Of a stretch of DNA of 64,000 nucleotides, positions 21,401 to 31,182 are shown piece by piece (within the stretch, counting starts at the first letter, position 1; the number at the start of each line of letters is the position of its first letter). Location of the stretch: IMG/VR virus record IMGVR_UViG_2541047319_000002; one strand, written 5' to 3'. The DNA is from an uncultured virus (IMG/VR IMGVR_UViG_2541047319_000002) (taxonomy: Duplodnaviria > Heunggongvirae > Uroviricota > Caudoviricetes). The notes beneath the pieces were generated by a model, which saw only the letters and a list, made by a program, of their open reading frames with translations, was not told the DNA's origin and did not search any database. Both the position numbers and the translations under genes were made by a program.

Positions 21401-24400
21401 GTTATACCATTTAAAATTCCAGTAACACCAGATAATCCATCTAAACTAGTCTTAAACATATCTGTAGATATAGTGTCTGTGACTAATTGTTTAAGACTTT
21501 CTTTTAATTTTATAATCTTACCTTCTGCTGAATTTATGAATCTCTCATTCTCTTTTTCAGCAGAGCCAAATACATCCCCATCTAACCATGCACTTTGGAA
21601 TTTTTTTCGATTGTTATTAACCAGTAGCTTTTTATCTACTGCTCTGGAGGTTTCCCTCATTTTCATCGACTTGTCATTTCAAGTCCAGTCTAGCATATCT
21701 TTTGTACTCATAACAAAGACCATAAAACCACAGAGCCTCTTGGAGATATTATATTCTATTTCTAGTTTCAATCTCTATGCGTTGCGGATGGAAAGCCTTT
21801 TAAAACTTACCTTCACCTCTGATTAGCGTATTTATTAAAATAAACTTAGCTTTCCAGATTTTCTCTCTGTTAATACTCTTAATTCTTCTATGGTAGTTGA
21901 ATTAAGACGGCAATTTATTTTTACCTGATTCCAATTATCCATGACAGCCATGAATGTATTGATGTGGTTTTTACCTGAACAAAATCTTCAATTAAGTTCG
22001 CTATACTTAACTCGTTCTCTTATGAACTGCTATATGTTTCCATATAGATGAGACTATATCTTCATCCTATAAGGATGCTCCCCATTTCCACTATCAATAG
22101 CTTATAGTGTACGGTTTATAACCTAGTCGTTGAACCTTACTCTCTTGAGTCTTGGTTGCTGATTATCCCTATCTTTTAATTTTTCACACTTTGGTACTAA
22201 AAGCCTAACGGGAGTTTCCAGCAATTAAAGGAGTTTATCATTATATATTACTATATAAGGCGACTAAAATTAATCGCTTCGGCAATACCACTTTTTTGAT
22301 TTTTAGTTAAAGCATCTTCTCCAACACTATGCCACTTTTCTGCCAACTCATCTAAAATTGACATCATATCTCTTACTTGGCCAGTTTGCTTATCTAACAC
22401 ATTTATTTTTGCTGTTTCTTGTAATGTTTTAGCAGTTTTGTTAAGGCTGATTTTTCCTGAATCTGCTGAAGCTTTGATACCACTCATGTTTATACCAATT
22501 GTTTTGAGTGCTGTACCTACTTTTTCAGCATTTTGTACAGATTCATTTCCTCCAACTATCAAGGCAACAGAGTCTTCCATTGAAACGCCTGCTGATGATA
22601 ACATACTTGCACTTCTTTGTAATGCAGCTCCTACATCGCCAGTTGTTATTGCAAAATTATTACCTGCATAGTTCGATAAATCAAGAAATTTTGTAAGATT
22701 ATCATAATCTTTACTCATTCCTTTGATTTGGACTCTAGTATCTTTAATTGGTTTTAATGCTTTTGTCATTCCACCATAAGCGGACATAACACTAGTTAAG
22801 TACTTATCAGCAGTTTCTTGGTCTAAATCCAATTGTTATTAGCTCAAGGTTTTTTATCCTTGACTCTGGAGGTTTCCCTCATTTTCATCAGTTAGTTAAT
22901 TCTAACTCAGCTTAGCATATCTTTTTTACTTATAATTAAATCATAAAGTAAATGGGAACTCTTGGAGATATTATATTCTATTTCTAGTTTCAATCTCTAT
23001 GCGTTGCGTGTGACCAATCTTTTAAAATTAGCCTTCCACTCGGATTAGCATTTTAAAGCTTTCCCGTTTCTTTCCCATTAATAATCCTAATTCTTCTATG
23101 ATTGTTGAATTAAGACGGCAATTTATTCACCAACATTTGCAAAAACTGCTGATTGTTTAGCTATCTTCAAACTGTCTGATACCGATTTTACACCAGTTTG
23201 TAGAGCTTTAGATGCCCCCTGAATTATATCTTCTGATGCTCTAGCCGTATCCTTCCCTATTGAGATTGCTTCATTTTTTACACTCTTTAATTGCTCACTT
23301 GTTCCTTCAAAATTATCAGGTGCTACTTTCATCATATCTCTTAAGGCACTATCTAGTTCAACAATAGTTGTTTTAATATTTCTTACACCATTTGTAATAG
23401 ACATACCTATCATATTACCCAAAGTATAGGTTCTCATTGAGCCATATAAATCACTAAAGAAACCATTTGTTGTTTTTACACTAGTTCCTAATCCTGTGAA
23501 ATTAGATTTCATATTGTTTAATCTATTTTTTATTGCATCTAATTCCTTTACTTTTTGACCTAGAGGCATCCCATTTAATTGCATTAATTCTTTTTCGAGT
23601 TTATCAATCCCAGCAGTTGACTGACCTAATTCTAAACATTTTTGTCTAAGCCTATTCAAATCCGAAATTACTTTAGAAAGATTCATATTAAATTTAACAT
23701 CTAGTTTAGTATTTTTAATAGCACCTTCTACCTCTTTAACCTTGTTTTTCATTGATTCTAAGCCAGTAATTGCTGCGGTCATCCCACTGCTATTCATATT
23801 TCTAAAATCTAAACTTTGTATTTTCTTTAAATCATTTAACATGGCATTTAACTGAGAAGAATTCGCATATTTAGAATTTGATAATTTAGCTATTCTTGAT
23901 TCTAATTGAGATGCATCTTTTTGAAGTGTTTTAAATTGAGCTGACATACTATTATTTATATTTGGAAGTTTAAATTTAGAAATTCCATTTTGAACAGCTT
24001 GTACATCAGATAGTAATTTTGACATACTTTCGAACTTCAATCCCTTTAATTCTGTACTAGATAATCTAGTTAATTTCGAAGACAATGCATCTAATTCACT
24101 TAACTGAGCATTGTTTAAAAACTTACTTTGTTTTAGCTTACTAATCTGATTTTGCATTTTTTCTATATCAGCTTGAGCCTTTTGGAAAGTTGTTGCTAAA
24201 GACCTTTGCATACTATCAAATGCACTATCATTAACCTGAGTTTTTCCTTTTAGATTATCCAACGCAGAACCTAGATTAGAGATTTGATTAATAGTTCTAG
24301 TTAATTGACCATTTAATTCTGTATAAGACTGAACATTTGTAGTCTTAGACATTTGCTTTTCAATTGTATTTTTCTTATTAATTAGTTTTTGATAATCTGA

Positions 24401-24655
24401 TAGTAAACTATTTACTCCTAAACTAGAGCCTTTATTAGATTTACCTCCAAATAAGTTATTTTGAGTTTTTGCACTCAAAGCGTTGATTTTAGTTAAGACG
24501 CTTTCTAATTGTTTTAAATTATTTAATGAAGATGTATTCATCTCTACATTTAACTTTATATTATTTTCTTTTGCAGATGCCTTCAGTGATTCTAATTGTT
24601 GTCTAGCTTTTTTATCATCAAGCTCTATACTGGTTCTAATCTTAAACTCTGACAT
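15424..24655 (-). CDS. Tail tape measure protein, four exons: 24655-23129, 22829-22273, 21979-21923, 21607-15424 (2774 aa spliced)
   Basis: Joined exons total 8325 nt in one frame: ...FANVG|DLDQE..., ...IAEAI|SGKNHINTFMAVMDNWNQV|KKFQ...; TMP core motifs (ELDSALRDMMKV, GNNFAIT, GTALKTI). Confidence 0.9.
21608..21922 (-). ncRNA. Group I intron 3 of tape measure gene (315 nt, no ORF)
   Basis: Exon ends CAGGU; IGS UUGCC gives U.G splice pair; R GCAACGCAUA and S AAGAUAUGCU; ends in G; paralogue of intron 1. Confidence 0.85.
21980..22272 (-). ncRNA. Group I intron 2 of tape measure gene (293 nt, IA-like, no ORF)
   Basis: P1 GCGAU/GUCGC; canonical P AAUUGCUGGAAA, Q AAUCAGCAACC, R UUCAACGACUA, S AAGAUAUAGUCU; terminal G. 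Confidence 0.92.
22830..23128 (-). ncRNA. Group I intron 1 of tape measure gene (299 nt, no ORF)
   Basis: Exon ends GUUGGU; IGS UUGCC; P AAACGGGAAA, Q UAAUCCGAG, R GCAACGCAUA, S AAGAUAUGCU; ends ...CAAUUG. Confidence 0.85.
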
Positions 24656-24715
24656 TAAATCACACTCCTTTTTTTTGCATAAAAAAAAGACAGTCTATAA
24701 CTGTCTTTTATACTT

Positions 24716-25429
24716 TTATTTAATTTTCTCTAATAATACTTTTTTCTTTTCATTAAATTCTTCTTCTGTTAATATTTCTTGCTCTTTTAAACTCTGTAAT
24801 TCTTTTAATGCATTTGAAATTTTAGATATATCCTCATCATCCTCTTTTTTTATATCATTATTACTTTCTATTTTAGCATTTTTAAATTTAGCTGCTTCAT
24901 TCTCTACAACTAATTTAAATCTTTCCATTTCTTTTATTTTTTCTTGAATATCTGCATTATTTATATTTTTATGTTCTGGAATATAAAATACTTCATAAGT
25001 ATTAAGTTCAAATATCAAAGTTAAATATATCTTTTCTACAAAAGTATATTTATCATATGTAGGAACTATTGATATTATTCTCATCTGATTTTTTTCACTA
25101 ACTCGCATGTTAAATTTAATGCTTACTAAATCTTCTATATTTTTTTTAACTGCTGTCTTAAATCCAGCATGAATAATAGATATTTTACCATTATTACTTA
25201 ATATCACACTATCACTGTTTGAATTACCAAAAGCTTGACATTTAGCCATTGAAATATTTTTTTGTATAGCCTTTTCCACCTTTGTTTTTTCTCTATTTCT
25301 TTCTGCTATTCTTTCTAATCTAGCTTCTTTTTCTTTAGCATTATCCATTATGTTTCTTATAAAGCAATAAACAATAATATATCCTACACCTAGCCCTATT
25401 AAAATAAAATGACCTAAATATTCTTCCAT
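24716..25429 (-). CDS. Membrane-anchored protein with C-terminal SHOCT domain (moron)
   Basis: N-terminal TM helix; C-terminal LKELQSLKEQEILTEEEFNEKKKVLL. Confidence 0.75.
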   Translation of the reverse strand: MEEYLGHFILIGLGVGYIIVYCFIRNIMDNAKEKEARLERIAERNREKTKVEKAIQKNISMAKCQAFGNSNSDSVILSNNGKISIIHAGFKTAVKKNIEDLVSIKFNMRVSEKNQMRIISIVPTYDKYTFVEKIYLTLIFELNTYEVFYIPEHKNINNADIQEKIKEMERFKLVVENEAAKFKNAKIESNNDIKKEDDEDISKISNALKELQSLKEQEILTEEEFNEKKKVLLEKIK

Positions 25430-25488
25430 AACATCTCCCCCTATCTTGATACTTCAATTATATCAAGAATATACTATTAGGAAAATTA

Positions 25489-26628
25489 TTACAATTCGAC
25501 ATTATTTTCTTTTAATTTTTTCTTTAATACTATAGTAGTTATTGGTTCATCATAATTCCAATAAATTAATTTAATATTATTTTCATCACATAGCTTTTTC
25601 TTTTTTTTATCTCTTATCTTACTCTTCTTAAGACCCTCTTCTCCACCAAAAAAATCTATACTTTTTGAATGTTGTTGCCCTTGATACTCAAACCCAACCT
25701 TTAATGAAGGTATAAATATATCTAAACTTTGTCTATGCAACCATGAAGGATTATATTGGAATATCGCATCTTTAAAATGATTAGATATTAAATCAAATAA
25801 TATTTTTTCACTTTTCCATTTTGTCTTTATTGTACCCTTCTTTATTAATCTAGTATATATCTCATCTTTTTTTGATTGAATCTTTTCTATATTTCGTTTG
25901 TATTTTTTTAATATTGATTTTGTTTCTTCATGATATCTCTGAATAGGAAACATTAAATATTCTCTTAGTGCTATAAATATTTCTAATTCATTTTTTATAT
26001 CATTGTTTTCTTTTATATAATCTATAACTTTTCTGCCATAACCTATATGTGTATTAATAGAACCTGATTCATATTCTCCTAAAGTATTCGTTGAGAGAAC
26101 TCTTCCCCAAAAATAACAAATTGAATCGATGCCTCCCAACTTATCCTGTAAATAAAACAAGTATTTAGTTTGATTAGTTACCCTCTCATCATTTCTATTT
26201 GAAATAAGTAATTCAAAATACAAATCTCCTACATAATTTCCATTCCATTTTACTGAAGAAATAATGTCACTTATATCAGTTTCGTATATTCTATAATTGT
26301 TATTGTATAGATATTCATACAATTGAGCATAAAATATCTTCTTTTTATTAAAAATAATTAAATAATTCTTACTTGAATCATTTTCAAATATATTTTCTAA
26401 AAGAAGATATTTATATGAGTATTTCTCCATAACATATTTTGCAATCTCTAAACGAGTTTTTTGTTCATAGCTAAACAAATATACCAATATATCTTCACCA
26501 GTTTCTAATTTTATCTCATTATAAGTATCCTCAATTATCTTACCCAAATTACATATTCTTTGTGTAATAGCATTGCTTTTACAATTTTCATAGGCTATTT
26601 TTAAATCATTATTAAAGTTCCAACCCAT
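25489..26628 (-). CDS. Protein with C-terminal PD-(D/E)XK / Vsr-like nuclease domain
   Basis: QSLDIFIPSLKVGFEYQGQQH...RDKKKKKLC..NNIKLI motif; start moved to MGWNF after GGGGAG RBS. Confidence 0.65.
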   Translation of the reverse strand: MGWNFNNDLKIAYENCKSNAITQRICNLGKIIEDTYNEIKLETGEDILVYLFSYEQKTRLEIAKYVMEKYSYKYLLLENIFENDSSKNYLIIFNKKKIFYAQLYEYLYNNNYRIYETDISDIISSVKWNGNYVGDLYFELLISNRNDERVTNQTKYLFYLQDKLGGIDSICYFWGRVLSTNTLGEYESGSINTHIGYGRKVIDYIKENNDIKNELEIFIALREYLMFPIQRYHEETKSILKKYKRNIEKIQSKKDEIYTRLIKKGTIKTKWKSEKILFDLISNHFKDAIFQYNPSWLHRQSLDIFIPSLKVGFEYQGQQHSKSIDFFGGEEGLKKSKIRDKKKKKLCDENNIKLIYWNYDEPITTIVLKKKLKENNVEL

Positions 26629-26728
26629 AAATTCTCCCCTTATACTCTGATACTTCAATTATATCAAGTCTAAAGGAAAATTTATACTACAAAAGGAAAT
26701 AGAAGCCAAAACTCCTATTTCCACAAAA

Positions 26729-27772
26729 TCATTTACTCAAGTATTTATTAATATCTTCTTTACTAGCTTCCTCTATGTAATCTATCATACAGATTGGAAT
26801 ATCCCTACTGCTAGAAACATCACTTATTTCTTCTACTCTTATTTTCTCATTTCTTACACTCTTTAATATTCCAATAAATCCATAGTACTCATGGTCATAT
26901 ATAGCATATGTTTTGCCTATCTCAACCATTACACCTTTTATGTAATCATTATTTATCATAAATCTCTTAAGTACCTGACTATTCTCTTTCAATATTTTGT
27001 TAAGAAAATATATTTGTCCTTTTCCAGTTACAATAGGAGTATATCTAACTATCGTATTTCCATCTTTATCTATCCCAGTACTCTCAGAAACCTCTAATAC
27101 TTTCAAATCCATTGACTTTTGAGTTGGAGTATTATGGTCAGCTCTTTTCTTCCTAATTAGATATTCATTATTTCTCATCCACTCAAATAATCTATTCTGC
27201 CCTATATCTACTCCATTCTGATTTAATATCTTAGATAGTTGAGCAATTAGTATTGAGCTTGATGAACTTTCTATAGCATTAGCTAGTTCAAGTTTAGGTT
27301 TATTTTTCTCTTGCTCTACTTTTAACTTTTCTTTAGTAGCTCTCTCTTTCTTTAGTTCTGTAAGTAATTTTATAGTCCAATCTGGGTCATTGATTGCCTT
27401 CTCTAATGCTTCATTAGTCATATAAGCTCCATGTTCTCTTATTGATGGAAGAACTTCATCAAATACCCAACGCTCAAATTTTTCAGCACTTGGTAATTCG
27501 CTATTTGTAATTAATCTATACATATCACCTTCCGGTATTATATTCACTTCCAAAGTTTTAGTTTTACTTTGTGGGTGAGGTATGTGGTGTTTCACCACCC
27601 ACTTACAATGTTGTTTAATTGCATTTGTTGTGTCCTTATACCCAAGAGCTTTTGCAATATCTGTTGCGACAAAATAGGGTTCATTTTCAATTCTAATTGT
27701 TCTTATTTCTCCAAATAATTCATTGTTAAAGCTTATTATTCTTTTTTCATTTTCTCTATTAATTATCTCCAT
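26729..27772 (-). CDS. BRO-N / ANT (KilA-C) phage antirepressor
   Basis: FGEIRT...EPYFVATDIAKALGY, AEKFERWVFDEVLPSIR (Bro-N); IGQNRLFEWMR and TGKGQIYF (ANT). Confidence 0.9.
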   Translation of the reverse strand: MEIINRENEKRIISFNNELFGEIRTIRIENEPYFVATDIAKALGYKDTTNAIKQHCKWVVKHHIPHPQSKTKTLEVNIIPEGDMYRLITNSELPSAEKFERWVFDEVLPSIREHGAYMTNEALEKAINDPDWTIKLLTELKKERATKEKLKVEQEKNKPKLELANAIESSSSSILIAQLSKILNQNGVDIGQNRLFEWMRNNEYLIRKKRADHNTPTQKSMDLKVLEVSESTGIDKDGNTIVRYTPIVTGKGQIYFLNKILKENSQVLKRFMINNDYIKGVMVEIGKTYAIYDHEYYGFIGILKSVRNEKIRVEEISDVSSSRDIPICMIDYIEEASKEDINKYLSK

Positions 27773-28032
27773 AATTAATCCCTCCTTATAAGTTGTATTT
27801 TTTATAAGAAGCTGATATAATCATTCTATTCAAGTTGATAATTATATCAGCTATTTAAGAAGTCTTACTCGCCGTCCAAAGTTTGTAAGGCTTCTTTTTA
27901 ATTACTAAAAGTAATTTTATCACTTAAAGTAATTTATATTTTTATAATACACTCCACATAATGTAATGTCAAGTATAATATTTTATTACTTTATGTGGTA
28001 TAATAATTATAAAGATATCTTGGAGGTGAAAA

Positions 28033-28482
28033 ATGTTTGGAGAAAGATTAAAAAAGCTTAGAATTAAGTTTGGATTAAAGCAACATGAATTAGCTGAAAT
28101 ATTAAATGTATCACAAAGCACTATAGGTATGTATGAAAACGACCAAAGAACTCCACCAGCAGAGTCTATAGTTAAACTAGCTGAATACTTTAATGTCACT
28201 ACAGATTATCTTTTAGGTCATACAAAAACCAACTATTCAGTCAGTGCAAATATACCTGGTATGCCATCAATCATATGCGAAGATACTTCCATCTATGATA
28301 TAGTTGATGAAAAAAAAGACATTAAGTCTTTAGAAGATATAAATAAATTCTTAGAAAATAATAATTATAATGACGAAGTCAAAGAAGTTCTTAAAAAATA
28401 TATGCAACTAGATGAAATGGATAGAAAAGCTATAGAGAGAATGATAGATAATGCATATGAGAGACTAAAAGAGGATAATTAA
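28033..28482 (+). CDS. XRE-family HTH repressor, divergent from antirepressor
   Basis: FGERLKKLR...LKQHELAEILNVSQSTIGMYE...FNVTTDYLLG. Confidence 0.9.
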   Translation: MFGERLKKLRIKFGLKQHELAEILNVSQSTIGMYENDQRTPPAESIVKLAEYFNVTTDYLLGHTKTNYSVSANIPGMPSIICEDTSIYDIVDEKKDIKSLEDINKFLENNNYNDEVKEVLKKYMQLDEMDRKAIERMIDNAYERLKEDN

Positions 28483-28617
28483 TATATACCTCTTTTTTAA
28501 AATTATGATTGTCATATACCTGTCACTATTGAAATCGCTAATATACAAATCACTCAATTAAAAAAGACAATCAACTGACTGCCTTTTATTTATATATAAT
28601 AATTTTTACTTATCTGA

Positions 28618-29718
28618 TTAATTCTCTTCATCTGAATATTCTACTTGAAGACCATATATAGCTACATATGCTCTAAAGTCAAATATTTCATTTTTAAATT
28701 TTTCCAAATCATCTTGAGAATTAGATTTTTTATATGCCTTAGCATATTTAACCATATTGTCATAGGAAGTCTTAGCTGCTGAAAAATGGTCTAATGCTTT
28801 ACTAACTCTTTCATCATTTTTAAACTTTCCTTTATTATTTTCTATATAACTTACATCAATATTTTTATCTGAATAGAAGTCAGGAACAATCTTTTTAACT
28901 TTTTCATAAAGATTTTCATCTAAAGGGTCTATATCTTTAGGAATAGAATCTGAAATAATCTCATACTCTTTCATTGCTTTTTCAATGTTCATCATCATGG
29001 TTTCTGAAGTAGATTTAGCCTTGTTTAATTCACTATTTGATTTTATGGAATTCTCTAAAGCTCTATAATTTGATAGAAATTCATCTGTTTTAGTATTATT
29101 ACTAGCAGAATAATCTACATAACTTCCACTTGGCTCAGTTGCAAAACTATGAAAATCTGTGTATGAATTATAGAATTTTTCTATTGTACTCAAAATATCA
29201 TTTAAATCCTCACTACCTTCAGGAACAGATTTCAATTTACTATATATTTTTAGAAGTTCATCATCATATTTTTTTGACTTCTCTATTTCGTCACCTTTAT
29301 CCAACATTGCAGCGAAAATAGCAGCATCAATATTAGAACCATGTTTCTTTTCATAAATATTTTCTTTCCAATAAGTTTGAATGGTGTCAGCAATATCTTC
29401 TAAATTAGCACCTGCTACATAACTTTTTTCTTGAAAATCTTTAATAGTCATTATGTATTTCGCCCTAGCTTCTTGTTGTTTTTTTTCCTTGATATTGATA
29501 CTGGTGAAAATCCCCACTATGACCATCAATATTATACCAGCAAAAATATAAATATACTTTTTATTTATTGATGCTTTTTTACTTATTACAGTCTTTTCAT
29601 CTACCTTCTTACCACACTTAGAACAAAAAAGTTGTCCTTCTAATAACTTTTCTCCACATGATGTACAAAATTTAGTACTATCATTTTCCTGTGATACTTT
29701 GTTTTCATCTTCACTCAT
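28618..29718 (-). CDS. Zinc-ribbon membrane protein (moron)
   Basis: FCTSCG...FCSKCG double zinc ribbon, then TM helix and large helical domain. Confidence 0.75.
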   Translation of the reverse strand: MSEDENKVSQENDSTKFCTSCGEKLLEGQLFCSKCGKKVDEKTVISKKASINKKYIYIFAGIILMVIVGIFTSINIKEKKQQEARAKYIMTIKDFQEKSYVAGANLEDIADTIQTYWKENIYEKKHGSNIDAAIFAAMLDKGDEIEKSKKYDDELLKIYSKLKSVPEGSEDLNDILSTIEKFYNSYTDFHSFATEPSGSYVDYSASNNTKTDEFLSNYRALENSIKSNSELNKAKSTSETMMMNIEKAMKEYEIISDSIPKDIDPLDENLYEKVKKIVPDFYSDKNIDVSYIENNKGKFKNDERVSKALDHFSAAKTSYDNMVKYAKAYKKSNSQDDLEKFKNEIFDFRAYVAIYGLQVEYSDEEN

Positions 29719-30262
29719 ATAAATTACCCCCTATAATATCTGTCATAAGCTTACAGTAGCTTTACTGTCCCTCAAAGCTTATTCTACTAACACTATAATT
29801 ATAGCAGGAAACATGTAGAATTACCTCCACTAATTGTATATATTTGTAAAATAAAGAATTATAGGTAAAAATCTTTTAAATGTATACTTGTCATGCCTCT
29901 ATCATCATTGAATTATAACAAAAAAAAGCCTACTTAAAGTAGACTTTCTATTTTATATAAAAAATATAACTTATCTGGTTTTTAAATATTTATAAATTTT
30001 AAATTTAAGGCTAGTTAGGAGCTACGGAATTTAATTCACATGATAAACCATTCCAGTAAATCATCTACTCTCAAGTAATAGCTCCTCAATCCCATCACAC
30101 TCAAACATTAAAATAAGCTCTTATAGTAGCTAAACACCAAACAAAATGTTCCTCTCAGGAACACTTGTTGAAATTCCAATACTTTCAACCATAAAAATCA
30201 ACCTCTTATGTTCGATTCTAAGCAATTAAGGTATAAACACAAGCAGTCATTTTTACAAAACC

Positions 30263-30421
30263 TTAGAGAGTCCTACATGAAGTTATAATGTTTAAAAGTC
30301 TTTCATTTCTTTCTATTTCCTTTTGACTTGGCTTACTGAATACCTGCCTTATAAATAATTCAGCGTCTTTACCTGATAATTCAGGTGTTGCCTGAATTGG
30401 TTTTATTTTATGTTGACTCAT
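30263..30421 (-). CDS. Small protein (52 aa)
   Basis: MSQHKIKPIQATPELSGKDAELFIRQVFSKPSQKEIERNERLLNIITSCRTL*; GGAGGTG RBS. Confidence 0.6.
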   Translation of the reverse strand: MSQHKIKPIQATPELSGKDAELFIRQVFSKPSQKEIERNERLLNIITSCRTL

Positions 30422-30949
30422 ATTGTCACCTCCATAATTAATAAAAGAAAATTATACTTCTCAAAGTCGCCAATAGCAACGACTATTTATTACTTTTAAT
30501 AATATCTAGTATTATATGTCCTTCAATATTTCCAAGTATCTTATATTTGTCATACACATGTCATCATTGAAATAACTACAACATAAATGATTCAATTAAA
30601 AAAACAATCTAAATTGATTATCTTTAATATTTATTAATACATCTTGATATTTATATTACAATAGAATAAACCTTCTATTATCTTATAATAATAAAAGGTT
30701 TATTCTATCTCCACACCTTAAAGGTGTACTATGGCCACTCGCCTTATCTATATTAATATAATAATAAACGTCTTATAAATTTTACAATTTAATCTCTAAA
30801 ACCTATCTTATAACTTATATATTCATCATCTACAAAATAAATTATATCATTGAACATAAAGAAGTTATAATCATTTTTCTTTGCCTGATTAGCCATTTTT
30901 ATAAAATAAGGCGTAAAACCACTATACCTTTAGGTTAGTGGATGTAAGC

Positions 30950-31182
30950 TTATCCCTGATTATGTATATATCTTTCAATAGTTTCTTTAGAAATATTCCC
31001 TATACTACAAGCAAAATATCCATCTGACCAAAAAGTCTTTTCCTTCCAAAAATATTTGTTAAGATATAATTGATTATTATTAATTCACCAAATTTAATTA
31101 GCAAATTTTTTCTGTATTTACATACAAATATCAGATGTACTAATAACAAATACTTAGAATGGTTTCTACTAACATAATCCAT
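30950..31182 (-). pseudogene. tnpA: IS200-type Y1 transposase TnpA with internal deletion
   Basis: N-terminal HLIFVCKYRK in one frame, C-terminal FWSDGYFACSIG.IS.ETIERYI.NQG in another; central HuH region missing. Confidence 0.85.

Noticed and set aside
21608..21666. Track start MKMRETSRAV... of the 2080-aa ORF
   Set aside because: These codons lie inside intron 3
15424..24655. Tape measure gene as pseudogene or three separate genes
   Set aside because: Gaps have group I intron cores, and precise removal restores a single frame
310..24947. Plus-strand track ORFs antisense to tail genes (e.g. 2873-3298, 4214-4597, 21299-21826, 24483-24947)
   Set aside because: Shadow ORFs of AT-rich coding strands, Ser/Phe/Ile-rich, no RBS
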